DNA from: Candidatus Heteroscillospira lomanii
Lineage (GTDB): Bacteria > Bacillota > Clostridia > Oscillospirales > Oscillospiraceae
Reading direction: 5' to 3'
Length of the DNA: 64,000 nucleotides
NCBI GenBank assembly: GCA_904419385.1
Contig: CAJFRI010000001.1
Span: 5,098-69,097 of the forward strand
The notes under the pieces: model-generated
Database searches by the model: none
Told to the model about the DNA's origin: nothing
What the model saw: only the letters and a program-made list of their open reading frames with translations
In this document: positions 46,237 to 57,041 of the stretch, one piece after another
Numbering within the stretch: the first letter of the stretch is position 1
How the letters are laid out: the number at the start of each line of letters is the position of its first letter
Translations under genes and position numbers: made by a program

Positions 46237-47619
46237 ATGAAAGTACAGGAGCGTGACCGGCAAATGACAGAGATAAGCCCCAACGAATACTTCGGCCCCG
46301 AGCTGCGCGACCGCGTCATCTCGGCTTACAGCATACCCGAGAAATACTTCACTGAAAAAGTCAAGCGCGGACTGCGAAACAGCGACGGCACCGGCGTCAT
46401 GGCCGGCGTCACGCGCATCGGCCGCGTCATCGGCTACAACATCGAGGACGGCGAGATAGTCCCAGCGCCCGGCCGGCTGTACTACCGGGGCATAAATGTC
46501 GTCGACATAGTCAAGGCCCACGTCGAGAGCGGCACCTTCGGCTATGAGGAGGTGGCCTACCTCCTGCTCATGGGCATGCTGCCCGACAGTGAGCAGTTCG
46601 AGCAGTTCGACTCCATTCTCTCCCGCGCGAGGATACTGCCGCACAACTTCACCGAGGACATGATAATCAAATCCCCGAGCCCCAACGTGATGAACAAGCT
46701 CGCCCGGTGCGTCCTCGCCCTGTATTCATACGACCCCAATCCCGATGACACGAGCCTCGAGAACATGCTCAGGCAGTCGATCGAGCTCATCGCGCGCTTC
46801 CCCGTCATCGTCGCGAACGCCTACGCCGTGAAGCGGCACCGCTTCGATCACGACAGCCTGTTTATCCACATACCCGATGAGAGCCTGTCCGTCTCGGAGA
46901 ATTTCCTCAGCATGCTGCGCCACGACAAGAGCTACACGCCCGACGAGGCGCACCTGCTCGACCTCTGGATGATACTCCACGCAGAGCACGGCGGCGGCAA
47001 TAACTCCGCCTTCGTCTGCCGCGCGCTCTCATCGACCGGCACCGATACATACAGTGCCATCGCCGGCGCGGTCTGCTCGCTCAAGGGCCCGCTGCACGGC
47101 GGCGCCAACTCCAGGGTGCAGGCGATGATAAACTCGGTAAAGGAAAACGTATCCGACCCCGGGGACGACGCGGCAATGAGCGCCTTCCTCACGAAGATAC
47201 TCAATAGAGAGGCAGGAGATGGCTCCGGCAAGATCTACGGCCTGGGACACGCGGTCTACACCGAGTCCGACCCGCGCGCCGAGGTGCTCAAGGTCTATGC
47301 CGAGCGCATGGCGCACAGCAAGGACATGGTCGAGGACTTTGAATATCTGCGCAGCATAGAGCGCAACGGCGCGCGCCTCATCGTCGAGCGCAAAAACCTC
47401 TCGACGCCGATCTGCGCCAACGTCGACCTCTACTCGGGTTTCGTCATCCGTATGCTCGGCATACCCGACGAGCTGTTCACCCCGCTGTTCGCGCTGTCGC
47501 GCATATCCGGCTGGTGCGCCCACCGCATAGAGGAAGTCATCAGCAGCAAGCGCATCATGCGCCCGGCCTACCGTGCCGCCGTCGCCGACACGCCCTATGT
47601 GCCCATGGACAGGAGATAG
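46237..47619 (+). CDS. citrate synthase
   Basis: ILHAEHGGGNNSAF, GPLHGGAN, YGLGHAVY, ANVDLYSG. ATG 46264 is an alternative start. Confidence 0.9.
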   Translation: MKVQERDRQMTEISPNEYFGPELRDRVISAYSIPEKYFTEKVKRGLRNSDGTGVMAGVTRIGRVIGYNIEDGEIVPAPGRLYYRGINVVDIVKAHVESGTFGYEEVAYLLLMGMLPDSEQFEQFDSILSRARILPHNFTEDMIIKSPSPNVMNKLARCVLALYSYDPNPDDTSLENMLRQSIELIARFPVIVANAYAVKRHRFDHDSLFIHIPDESLSVSENFLSMLRHDKSYTPDEAHLLDLWMILHAEHGGGNNSAFVCRALSSTGTDTYSAIAGAVCSLKGPLHGGANSRVQAMINSVKENVSDPGDDAAMSAFLTKILNREAGDGSGKIYGLGHAVYTESDPRAEVLKVYAERMAHSKDMVEDFEYLRSIERNGARLIVERKNLSTPICANVDLYSGFVIRMLGIPDELFTPLFALSRISGWCAHRIEEVISSKRIMRPAYRAAVADTPYVPMDRR

Positions 47620-47657
47620 GCCGGAAAACAGCTGACCGCCTGAGTTTGGTGGGGGGG

Positions 47658-48110
47658 ATGCCCGTGCTGCCCGGAGTTGCATGCGCTGTAAAAGACGCCG
47701 CGATAAGATGTGCCGTTGTGCTGCTGCCTTTTGCCGCTCTCGCTGTGCTGACAGAGCTGTTTCTGGAGGATGTATACCTGTACAGCTGGATGTATGACAA
47801 TCGCTACTGTTATCTGTGGCTGGCCGCCGCACTTTTCGCCCTCTTCGATAAAAGGGCGCTGGCGTATATCTTTTCATACGGCGACCTGTTTGCGATAATA
47901 TTGGGATCGTTTATAAGCGACAGGCTGCACGACTATACCGTGTCGCTGATCACGGAGGATATGAGCAACCAAATGAAAGTCTATCTGCATCTGCACCGCG
48001 GATTCAGGACATGGCTCTACATCATGCTGGTCATACTCGCCGTGTACGGGGCGTACAGATTTTACCACTCCCGCTTCTGGATGGATGACTACGGGAAAAA
48101 GAAAAATTAG
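47658..48110 (+). CDS. hypothetical 4-TM membrane protein
   Basis: Four hydrophobic segments, GGGGGG before ATG 47658, AT-richer than its neighbours, and a terminator follows. I recognise no family. Confidence 0.5.
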   Translation: MPVLPGVACAVKDAAIRCAVVLLPFAALAVLTELFLEDVYLYSWMYDNRYCYLWLAAALFALFDKRALAYIFSYGDLFAIILGSFISDRLHDYTVSLITEDMSNQMKVYLHLHRGFRTWLYIMLVILAVYGAYRFYHSRFWMDDYGKKKN

Positions 48111-48114
48111 CAAA

Positions 48115-48161
48115 ATACGGGGGAACTCCTGAAGTTGCGGAGCTCCCCCGTATGATTTTTT
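48115..48161. terminator. bidirectional terminator (hypothetical gene / ispE)
   Basis: ATACGGGGGAACTCC...GGAGCTCCCCCGTAT (one mismatch) followed by GATTTTTT. Confidence 0.75.
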
Positions 48162-49029
48162 ACATCACGGCTTTTTTGGGTTCGGCGAAAAAACACTCGC
48201 GGTACCGCTCCGAGAGCGCGTCCGCGCAGCTGCGAGCCGCCGTTTTGCTCCCGAATATGCCGAACACGGCCGAGCCCGTGCCCGTCATCAGGCTGCCGAG
48301 CGCGCCGCGTTCGGTCAGCGCGCGCTTTATCTCGAATATCTCGGCGTGCTCCGGTGAGAGCACGTCCTCGAATACGTTCCGCATGTTTGCGCAAATGCCC
48401 TCGAGGTCTCCGCGCCCTATGGCGGCGAGCATGGCCGGCATGTCGGGCCCGGGGGGGCCGGAGCGCGAGTCTATGCGCGAGAACAGCTCCGGCGTTGAGA
48501 TCGGGAAGCGAGGCTTGCATATCACTATGCCGCACTCGGGCATGGCGCGCAGCCGCGTGAGCACCTCGCCGCGCCCTTCGGCAAGGCACATGCCTCCGCC
48601 GACACAGAAGGGCACGTCGGCCCCCAGCTTGAATGCGAGCTCGGAGAGCTTTTCGCGGCCGAGCTGCGCCCCGGTGAGCCGGTCGAGCGCGCGCAGCACC
48701 GCCGCGGCGTCGGACGAGCCTCCGCCGAGCCCGGCGCACACGGGCGTGCGCTTTTTCATGTCTATCCTCACGCCCCAGCTCCTCTCGCCTATGGTCTCCA
48801 TGAAGAGCTCCGCCGCGCGCACGGCGATGTTGCGCCTGTCGCCGGGGAGGAAAAAGAGGTTGGAGTGCGCCGAAAAGCTGCCGTCGGGCGTGAGCGCGAC
48901 GCGCACCTCGTCGCAGAGGGTGCAGCTGAGCATTATCATCCTCATGCCGTGGTAGCCGTCGGGCTGCGGCCCGAGCACGTCGAGCGCGAGGTTCAGCTTG
49001 GCCCAGGCGCGCTCCCTCGCGCTCCTCAC
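48160..49029 (-). CDS. ispE: 4-(cytidine 5'-diphospho)-2-C-methyl-D-erythritol kinase
   Basis: AKLNLALDV, KKRTPVCAGLGGGSSDAAAVL (GHMP motif), GTGSAVFG. Confidence 0.92.
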   Translation of the reverse strand: MRSARERAWAKLNLALDVLGPQPDGYHGMRMIMLSCTLCDEVRVALTPDGSFSAHSNLFFLPGDRRNIAVRAAELFMETIGERSWGVRIDMKKRTPVCAGLGGGSSDAAAVLRALDRLTGAQLGREKLSELAFKLGADVPFCVGGGMCLAEGRGEVLTRLRAMPECGIVICKPRFPISTPELFSRIDSRSGPPGPDMPAMLAAIGRGDLEGICANMRNVFEDVLSPEHAEIFEIKRALTERGALGSLMTGTGSAVFGIFGSKTAARSCADALSERYRECFFAEPKKAVM

Positions 49030-50246
49030 TGCTCAAACAGGCGCGGCAGCAGCTCGTCGCCCCTCTCGAGCATCACGCCGCGCAGGCCGTCGGCCTCGGT
49101 ATAGTGCGCGCCGGTGCGGTTGTCCACCCGGCTGTCGTAGATGAGGAAGGGGACGGGGTCGCCGTCGTGGCTGCCGTCGGACATGAGGGTCTTGTGGTCG
49201 CTGAGTATGAGCATGCGGATGTCACGCCCGGCCATGAGGTCGACCAGCGGGGCGACTATGAGCTTGTCGAGCCGCTCTATGGCGAGCAGCTTGCCCGCGA
49301 GGTCGTGGCAGTGGGTGCACTCGTCGGGCGCCTCGAAGTGGACGCACACGAAATCGTGCGTCTTGAGCGCGTCGAACGCGGCGTCGACCTTGCCCTCGTA
49401 GTTTGTGTCTATCTCGCCGGTGGCGCCGGGGACGATGACGGCGTCCATGCCGCGCAGCCTGGCTATGCCCTGGCAGAGAGGGACGGCCGAGATGACGGCG
49501 CCGGTCTTGCCGAACTGCTCGGAGAAAGAGGGCAGCCTGGCGGCCGTGCCCTCCGCCCAGAACCATATGCCGTTGGCCGGGAGCTCGCCGTTCGCGCGGC
49601 GCTCTTTGTTTATCGGGTGCTCCGAGAGTATGGGCACGGCGGCCTCCATGAGCCGGGTGAGCGTCGCGGCGGCGCCGCAGCCGGAGGGCAGGTTCGCGCC
49701 GGCCTCCTCGCCGAGGTGGTCGTGCGGGGGGGCGAGCTCTATGCCGCTGATGTCGGCGTTTTTCATGAACGCAAGGTGCCTGTAGCTCACGGCGGGAGCT
49801 ACCGAGAGCCCCGCCGCGTCGGCCAGGGGCTTGAAATCCGGGTGGGAGAAGAGGTATTCGATGAGCGTCTTCGACAGCTCGCCGTCTATGTTGCCGCCGC
49901 TGTGCGACAGGATGCGGCGCCCGGCGAGGGTCTCGCCGTCGGAGAGGGCGACGTTGTTGCAGCGGAAGGCCGCGGTGCCGGGCTCGAGCATTATGCCCTG
50001 GGCCGCCGCCTCGAGCGGGGCGCGGCCGGAGTAGACTTTCTCGGTGTCGCAGCCCATGATGGACAAAATCGCGGTGTCGCTGCCGGGGGGCAGCATTTCC
50101 GGCACGGTGCGCACGCTGCCGACCTCGCCGGCGGAGGCGAGCGCGTCGATATGAGGGATGTCGGCGCTCTCGAGCGGAGTCATCCCCGCGAGAGCGGGCA
50201 CGCCGTTGTCGGCCATGCCGTCTCCGATGACAAGTATATATTTCAT
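49026..50246 (-). CDS. cofactor-independent phosphoglycerate mutase family protein (ApgM-like; possible alternative homoserine kinase)
   Basis: MKYILVIGDGMAD, PGSDTAILSIMG, FVCVHFEAPDECTH, LILSDHKT. Start trimmed to ATG 50246 after AAAGGAGAG. Confidence 0.85.
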   Translation of the reverse strand: MKYILVIGDGMADNGVPALAGMTPLESADIPHIDALASAGEVGSVRTVPEMLPPGSDTAILSIMGCDTEKVYSGRAPLEAAAQGIMLEPGTAAFRCNNVALSDGETLAGRRILSHSGGNIDGELSKTLIEYLFSHPDFKPLADAAGLSVAPAVSYRHLAFMKNADISGIELAPPHDHLGEEAGANLPSGCGAAATLTRLMEAAVPILSEHPINKERRANGELPANGIWFWAEGTAARLPSFSEQFGKTGAVISAVPLCQGIARLRGMDAVIVPGATGEIDTNYEGKVDAAFDALKTHDFVCVHFEAPDECTHCHDLAGKLLAIERLDKLIVAPLVDLMAGRDIRMLILSDHKTLMSDGSHDGDPVPFLIYDSRVDNRTGAHYTEADGLRGVMLERGDELLPRLFEQ

Positions 50247-50326
50247 TGGACATCTCTCCTTTATATGCGATATGGTATTATATCCCACAAAACCGCCCTT
50301 TGCAAGTGCCGCGGCGGACAAAGCGG

Positions 50327-50354
50327 TTGCAAAAGCGGGCCGCTCGTGTATAAT
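50327..50354 (+). promoter_or_regulatory. promoter of the CPBP protease gene
   Basis: TTGCAA (50327-50332), 16-nt spacer, TGTATAAT (extended -10, ends at 50354). Confidence 0.55.
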
Positions 50355-50388
50355 ATTGCTCAAATGTGCTCGCATGGAGGCGCTGCAA

Positions 50389-51243
50389 ATGGAAACTCGG
50401 CCGGATTTCGGCTTCTCGTCCGGGAAGACCCTGGGCGTTATTTTGATATACTTTGCCCTGTTTGTCGTGGGCGAGCTGGCGAGCAGCCTGCTGTTCGACC
50501 TCATATTCTCCGTGGTCACCCTGCCAGACTCCGCCCTGTATCAGATACCGCGCTATCTCGGAAGCCTCGCGCTGACATGGCTGCTCTTCTGGCTGTACAC
50601 CGTGAAAGTCCTGCGCCTTGAGATGCGCAGCTTCGGCATGACCGCGCGTATAAAGCCGTGGTGCGCCGTCTGCGCCGTGCTGCTGCCGGCGGGAGTGATA
50701 TGCGCCCTGCTGCCGTTCGGCTCGCTTGAGCCCGGAGGGCACTCGTGGGCCGAGACCGCGCTCATCGCCGCGGCATCCGCCGCCATGGCCGTAAAATCAG
50801 GAATAACGGAGGAGATGCTCTTCCGCGGCTATATCATGCGCCTCGTCGAGGCCCGATGGGGCAGGGCGCGGGCGGTGCTGCTGCCGTCGCTGCTGTTCGG
50901 GCTCGTGCACCTCACGTCGATGACGGCTTTTTCGCCCGCCGGGGTGGCGCTGCTCGCCGTGGGCGGGACGCTCGTCGGCGTGATGTTCTCCCTCGTGGCA
51001 TACAGCGGCGGCTCCGTCGCGTGCAGCGCCGCGGTGCACGCCGTGTTGAATTTCGCCATAATCTCCGACATGCTGCACATCACCGCGCCGGGCGGGAGCT
51101 GGGGCGTGCCGGTGTATGAGCTCGCGCTGGATTCCGGGAACATATTCGTCACGGGCGGCGAGTTCGGCGTCGAGGTCTCGCTCGCGGCCATCGCCGGCTA
51201 CGCGCTGGTGAGCGCGTTTGCTGCCGCGAAGCGCCCGCGCTGA
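50389..51243 (+). CDS. CPBP-family intramembrane glutamic endopeptidase (CAAX protease-like)
   Basis: Motif 1 ITEEMLFRGY, motif 2 FGLVHL, motif 3 HAVLNF; polytopic. GGAGG lies 7 nt before ATG 50389. Confidence 0.82.
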   Translation: METRPDFGFSSGKTLGVILIYFALFVVGELASSLLFDLIFSVVTLPDSALYQIPRYLGSLALTWLLFWLYTVKVLRLEMRSFGMTARIKPWCAVCAVLLPAGVICALLPFGSLEPGGHSWAETALIAAASAAMAVKSGITEEMLFRGYIMRLVEARWGRARAVLLPSLLFGLVHLTSMTAFSPAGVALLAVGGTLVGVMFSLVAYSGGSVACSAAVHAVLNFAIISDMLHITAPGGSWGVPVYELALDSGNIFVTGGEFGVEVSLAAIAGYALVSAFAAAKRPR

Positions 51244-51247
51244 GCAT

Positions 51248-51547
51248 CTATTCGGCGGGGCTCACCTCGAGCACTTCGCCGATGAGCTGCATGGGGTCGC
51301 TCTCCGCGATCCCGCCGGTGTAACGGACGAGCACCTCGTCGCCGGCGCCCGGCTCTTCCTCCATCCCCTCCGGGAGCGGCACCCGGCACTCGGCCCCCTC
51401 GGGATAGCCGCCGCTCCGGATGCAGAGCAGCATCGAGCCGTTGGAGAGCTCGAGCACGGTGCCCGTCATGCTCTCGACGGGCTCTTCGGCTCCGCCGCAG
51501 CCCGCGAGGGCACAGAGCGCCAGGATGAGCAGGACAAGTTTTTTCAT
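51248..51547 (-). CDS. small lipoprotein (DUF3221/YobA-like)
   Basis: MKKLVLLILALCALAGCGG has a perfect lipobox LAGC. 99 aa; the rest of the long ORF-track frame was rejected. Confidence 0.6.
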   Translation of the reverse strand: MKKLVLLILALCALAGCGGAEEPVESMTGTVLELSNGSMLLCIRSGGYPEGAECRVPLPEGMEEEPGAGDEVLVRYTGGIAESDPMQLIGEVLEVSPAE

Positions 51548-51652
51548 GGATATGCCGCCTTTCTTGGATGGTACTGCCGTTATAGACGCTGTTTGGCCCG
51601 GCAAGTTCCGTTTTTGCACCGAAAAAATGAAAAAAGCGCGCCCGCACCGCCA

Positions 51653-51681
51653 TTGACAAGGCGATTTCTGCGCGTTATCAT
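51653..51681 (+). promoter_or_regulatory. promoter of the M15 peptidase gene
   Basis: TTGACA (51653-51658), 17-nt spacer, TATCAT (51676-51681). Confidence 0.55.
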
Positions 51682-51710
51682 AGAAAAACCAGATTACGGG
51701 AGGTTTTTTC

Positions 51711-52478
51711 GTGAAAAACATCGTAATGGGCGTGGTCCTCGCCGTGTTGGTGCTGTGCCTCGCCTTTCTTGTCCACGGGCTCACGACGGCCGAGCCCGCA
51801 GTTGCCGAGGCGACGCCGGCTCCGACTCCGGCCGCGACGCCCACTCCGACCCCGGCTCCGACTCCGACGCCCACACCGGAGCCCACCCCGACCCCGACGC
51901 CGGACCCGTTTGCCGACAAGCCGGACATAGATATCAACTCCTGGGAATATGTCCTCGTGAACACCGACAACCTGATAGACGAAAACTTCATCCCCGAGGT
52001 CACCGAGCTGGAAAACGGCCAGTATTTCGACTCCCGCGCCGTCGGCGCCCTGCAGGACTTCATCGCCGGGGCGAGGGCCGAGGGGCTCTCGGTCTACCTC
52101 ACCTCGTCCTACCGCAGCTATGCCACGCAGGAATATCTCTTCAACAACAAAGTCGCGCAGTACGGCGGCGACGTCGCCACGGCAGCGACAATAGTCGCCA
52201 TACCCGGCTCGAGCGAGCACCAGACCGGACTGGCCGTCGACATAGTCGATCAGTACTACCAGTACATGAACGAGACGCTCGCGAACACCGAGCTGTCGAA
52301 GTGGATGAAAGAACACTGTGCCAAGTACGGCTTCATCCTCCGATTCCCGGAGGACAAGCAGGATATCACCGGCATAATGTTCGAGCCCTGGCACTTCCGC
52401 TATGTGGGGGTCGAGGCCGCCGAGTATATCATGGACAAGGGGCTCTGCCTCGAGGAGTTCGTGGCGCTGTATGAATAA
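51711..52478 (+). CDS. M15B (VanY-type) D-alanyl-D-alanine carboxypeptidase, membrane-anchored with a Pro/Thr linker
   Basis: TM anchor, PT-rich linker, then SSYRSY..Q, GSSEHQTGLAVD, and EPWHFRY (the H-x-D...H zinc triad pattern of VanY). Confidence 0.85.
   Translation: MKNIVMGVVLAVLVLCLAFLVHGLTTAEPAVAEATPAPTPAATPTPTPAPTPTPTPEPTPTPTPDPFADKPDIDINSWEYVLVNTDNLIDENFIPEVTELENGQYFDSRAVGALQDFIAGARAEGLSVYLTSSYRSYATQEYLFNNKVAQYGGDVATAATIVAIPGSSEHQTGLAVDIVDQYYQYMNETLANTELSKWMKEHCAKYGFILRFPEDKQDITGIMFEPWHFRYVGVEAAEYIMDKGLCLEEFVALYE
51810..51908 (+). repeat. low-complexity Pro/Thr-coding tract
   Basis: Encodes ATPAPTPAATPTPTPAPTPTPTPEPTPTPTPDP from degenerate CCG/ACN dicodon repeats. Confidence 0.85.
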
Positions 52479-52480
52479 GA

Positions 52481-52510
52481 AAAAGCCGCTGCCCGGTGCA
52501 GCGGCTTTTC
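52481..52510. terminator. bidirectional terminator (vanY-like / sigma-54 activator)
   Basis: AAAAGCCGCTGC-ccggt-GCAGCGGCTTTT. Confidence 0.85.
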
Positions 52511-52516
52511 TGCGCT

Positions 52517-54415
<1,899 letters not shown>

Positions 54416-54507
54416 TCATCTCATCCTCCCGGTTCAAGATGCGCTGTATATATGAGTTAATTATATAACAATAAGTTCTGCTGATAAAGTAAAAAATTTT
54501 TGACGCA

Positions 54508-54537
54508 AAGCGGCGCCGGAATTATCCGGCGCCGCTT
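54508..54537 (-). terminator. hairpin between the transporter and activator genes (weak terminator/attenuator)
   Basis: AAGCGGCGCCGG-aattat-CCGGCGCCGCTT. On the minus strand the U-run starts only about 8 nt after the stem. Confidence 0.4.
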
Positions 54538-54556
54538 GCCTGGTTTATATGGGGGG

Positions 54557-55858
54557 TCAGGCAAAGAAACCTATGACGATCTTAATGGCGCTCCAGCAGG
54601 CCAGGATGACCGTGAAGAGCAGGATGATGTTCTCAGCGATGTTGTTGTGGAAGCGCCCCATGAGCTTCTTGTTAGTCGCGAGGAAGAGCAGGCCGATGGC
54701 TATGGCCGGCAGGCCGAGAGCCGTGATGACATTGTGGATGACAGCGAGAGCCACGAAGTCGGGCATGCCGGGCAGCGACCAGACGACGGGGGTGATGAGC
54801 AGGAAGAGCGATGCAAACTTGTAGAGCGGGTCGGCCTCGGCGCTGCCGTATTTCTCCAGACGCTCGGGATGGACGACCTGATAGGACTCGATGACGACGG
54901 CGCCCCAGCCGCTGGCCACGCCGAGGACGCTGCTGTACACGGCGCCGAACACGCCGAGGTAGAGCAGGACGCTTCCCGCGCGGCCGAAAGTGATTTCCAT
55001 GCCGGCGGCCAGGTCGTCGAGGGTCTGGACCTCAATGCCGTTTTTGGCGAGGACCTCGGCGCCGACTATCCAGACGGCGAGGTTGATGACTATCATCATG
55101 ATGATGCTGAAGAGCAGGTCGCCGCGCTGGACTTTCTTCCAGGTCGGGTCGGTCCAGCCCTTGGCGCGGATGCTGTGCGGATAGAGGAAGTTGGTCATCG
55201 AGCCGGCGACGGAGCCGATGAGCGCGAGCATGATGGTGGTGGCGCTGAACAGGCCCATGCCGGCGGGCATCTCAAAGGTGAAGATGCCTTTGAATATCTC
55301 AACGGGGTCGGGTTTGGCCATTATCGCGAGCGCGAGGAAGGCGATTGTCATCAGTGCAAGCAGGACTTTCATTATGTTCTCGAGATAGCGCTGGATATTC
55401 TTGCCGGCGACGAAGAAGCTGGCCGCGACGGCGATGCAGGCCCAGATGAACACGTTGCCTACACCGGTGAGGTTATACAGCGCGTTGCCGGAGCCGCTTA
55501 TCATCGTGGCGTTGGTCATATGTCCGCAGAACAGCGAGAATATGATGAAGAACCAGGGGAACGCCTTGTGCAGGCGGCCGTATCCCTGGAGCAGAGTTAT
55601 GCCCTCGGTGTTGCACATGTCGAAGCGCGCCATGATGTTGACGATGACGAAGCGGACGAGTATTGCGACGGCGAGCACCCACATGAGCGCGTAGCCATAG
55701 TGCGAGCCGGAGACCGACGAGTCGACGATATCGCCGGCGCCCATGGCGGTGAGAACGAAGACGATGCCGGGTCCCAGAGCTTTGATGTGTTCGGCGAGGG
55801 TGAGCTTTTTGTATTCTACTTTTTCACCCTCTGCGTAGATCCTTTTTCCCTGTTCCAT
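54557..55858 (-). CDS. Nramp-fold (PF01566-like) transporter, divergent; substrate unclear
   Basis: 433 aa, about 11 TM segments. The N-terminal LGPGIVFVLTAMGAGDIVDSS resembles Nramp TM1, but the DPGN string is absent. Confidence 0.65.
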   Translation of the reverse strand: MEQGKRIYAEGEKVEYKKLTLAEHIKALGPGIVFVLTAMGAGDIVDSSVSGSHYGYALMWVLAVAILVRFVIVNIMARFDMCNTEGITLLQGYGRLHKAFPWFFIIFSLFCGHMTNATMISGSGNALYNLTGVGNVFIWACIAVAASFFVAGKNIQRYLENIMKVLLALMTIAFLALAIMAKPDPVEIFKGIFTFEMPAGMGLFSATTIMLALIGSVAGSMTNFLYPHSIRAKGWTDPTWKKVQRGDLLFSIIMMIVINLAVWIVGAEVLAKNGIEVQTLDDLAAGMEITFGRAGSVLLYLGVFGAVYSSVLGVASGWGAVVIESYQVVHPERLEKYGSAEADPLYKFASLFLLITPVVWSLPGMPDFVALAVIHNVITALGLPAIAIGLLFLATNKKLMGRFHNNIAENIILLFTVILACWSAIKIVIGFFA

Positions 55859-55905
55859 TATTTCTCCTCCTTTTTATTTTTGCCCCAATGCCGCGGGCAG
55901 GAAAA

Positions 55906-56862
55906 CTAAAAGCGCGGATGGTTCACCGGCCACTCGGGCTTGTGTCCCGAGAGCACCCGGTGTATCTCCATCGCTGCGTGCAGGGCCATGCGGTCCATGC
56001 ATTCGACGGTGTTCGACGCGATGTGCGGCGTCACCGTCACGTTTTTGCATTTGAAGATGGGGTCCGACATGTCGGGCGGCTCCTCCTCGAACACGTCGAG
56101 CGCCGCGCCGGCGATCCTGCCGTCATTCAGCGCCTCGACGAGCGCCGCCGTGTCGACTATCGGGCCGCGGGCGCAGTTGATGAGATAGGCGCTGTCCTTC
56201 ATCAGTTCAAACTCGCGCCGGCCGACGGACATGCGCGTCTCGTCGGTGAGCAGGCAGTGCAGAGTGAGGAAATCGGCGCCGGAGAACACGTCGTCGCGCC
56301 CGGCCGGGGTGACATACTCGGGCATGTCCTCCGGGCGCACGTTCGGATCATAGGCGAGGATTTTCATGTCGAGGCCGAGCGCGGCCTTTTTCGCCACCAT
56401 GCGGCCTATGCGGCCGAAACCTATGATGCCGAGGGTCTTGCCCTCCAGGTCGAGGCCCTTGTGCTCGTTTTTGTAGAAAAAGTCTCCGCGCTTGAGCGAG
56501 TCGCTCAGCTCCATGAGCTTTTTCGCGGCCGCGAGCATGAGCCCTATCGTGCATTCGGCAACGGAGTTGGAGTTCGACAGCGGGGCGTTCGTGGCCCACA
56601 CGCCGTGTTCCTCGGCGGCGGCGATGTCGATGTTGTCGTAGCCGGCGCCGTGCCTGGCGACGATCTTCAGCGCGGGTTCGGCCTCGATCACCTTTCTCGT
56701 GACGGGGGCGGTGCGCAGCAGGATGGCGCTGCATCCTTTCACGTCGCGCGCGACGCTCTCCTCATCGCGCCCTGTGCCCATTTTGATCCGGTATCCGTGT
56801 TCGACGAGATAGTCGACTCCGCATTGGGCGACTGCCTGCGGGATGAGTATCTGCTCGTTCAT
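55906..56862 (-). CDS. D-isomer-specific 2-hydroxyacid dehydrogenase (PGDH/GHPR-like)
   Basis: NAD fold GIIGFGRIGRMVAKK and catalytic region INCARGPIVD...ALDVFEEEP...TPHIAS. Confidence 0.9.
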   Translation of the reverse strand: MNEQILIPQAVAQCGVDYLVEHGYRIKMGTGRDEESVARDVKGCSAILLRTAPVTRKVIEAEPALKIVARHGAGYDNIDIAAAEEHGVWATNAPLSNSNSVAECTIGLMLAAAKKLMELSDSLKRGDFFYKNEHKGLDLEGKTLGIIGFGRIGRMVAKKAALGLDMKILAYDPNVRPEDMPEYVTPAGRDDVFSGADFLTLHCLLTDETRMSVGRREFELMKDSAYLINCARGPIVDTAALVEALNDGRIAGAALDVFEEEPPDMSDPIFKCKNVTVTPHIASNTVECMDRMALHAAMEIHRVLSGHKPEWPVNHPRF

Positions 56863-56907
56863 GATACACGACCTCCTTTCGGTAAATATTCGGTATCACC
56901 ATATATG

Positions 56908-56923
56908 TGCACGTTTCAGGCCA
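56908..56923 (-). promoter_or_regulatory. candidate sigma-54 (-24/-12) promoter of the dehydrogenase-transporter(-activator) unit
   Basis: The minus strand reads TGGCCTGAAACGTGCA against the consensus TGGCACG-N4-TTGCW. The GG and GC dinucleotides sit at exactly consensus spacing, 9 of 12 specified positions match, and the motif ends about 45 nt upstream of the ATG at 56862. Confidence 0.55.
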
Positions 56924-56937
56924 GAACGGAGCTCTTG

Positions 56938-56952
56938 ATGCCATTTTGGCAT
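56938..56952. promoter_or_regulatory. 15-bp palindrome just upstream of the -24 element
   Basis: ATGCCA-ttt-TGGCAT, with perfect 6-bp arms. Confidence 0.4.
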
Positions 56953-57007
56953 TTACGACAATTAATTCCGGCAGAAATTGGTATAAACTGATAAAACCCA
57001 GGGGACG

Positions 57008-57041
57008 AAAAAGCCGCCGGAGCTGAACACAGCTCCGGCGG
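57008..57041 (-). terminator. Clp ATPase gene terminator
   Basis: CCGCCGGAGCT-gaacac-AGCTCCGGCGG. The AAAAA run on the + strand gives a U-run on the minus transcript. Confidence 0.75.

Noticed and set aside
56938-56952. The TGGCAT half of the palindrome, considered as an alternative sigma-54 -24 element.
   Set aside because: On the minus strand it would read TGGCATcaagaGCTCC. There is no TGC at the -12 position, whereas the motif at 56908-56923 has both invariant dinucleotides at the correct spacing.
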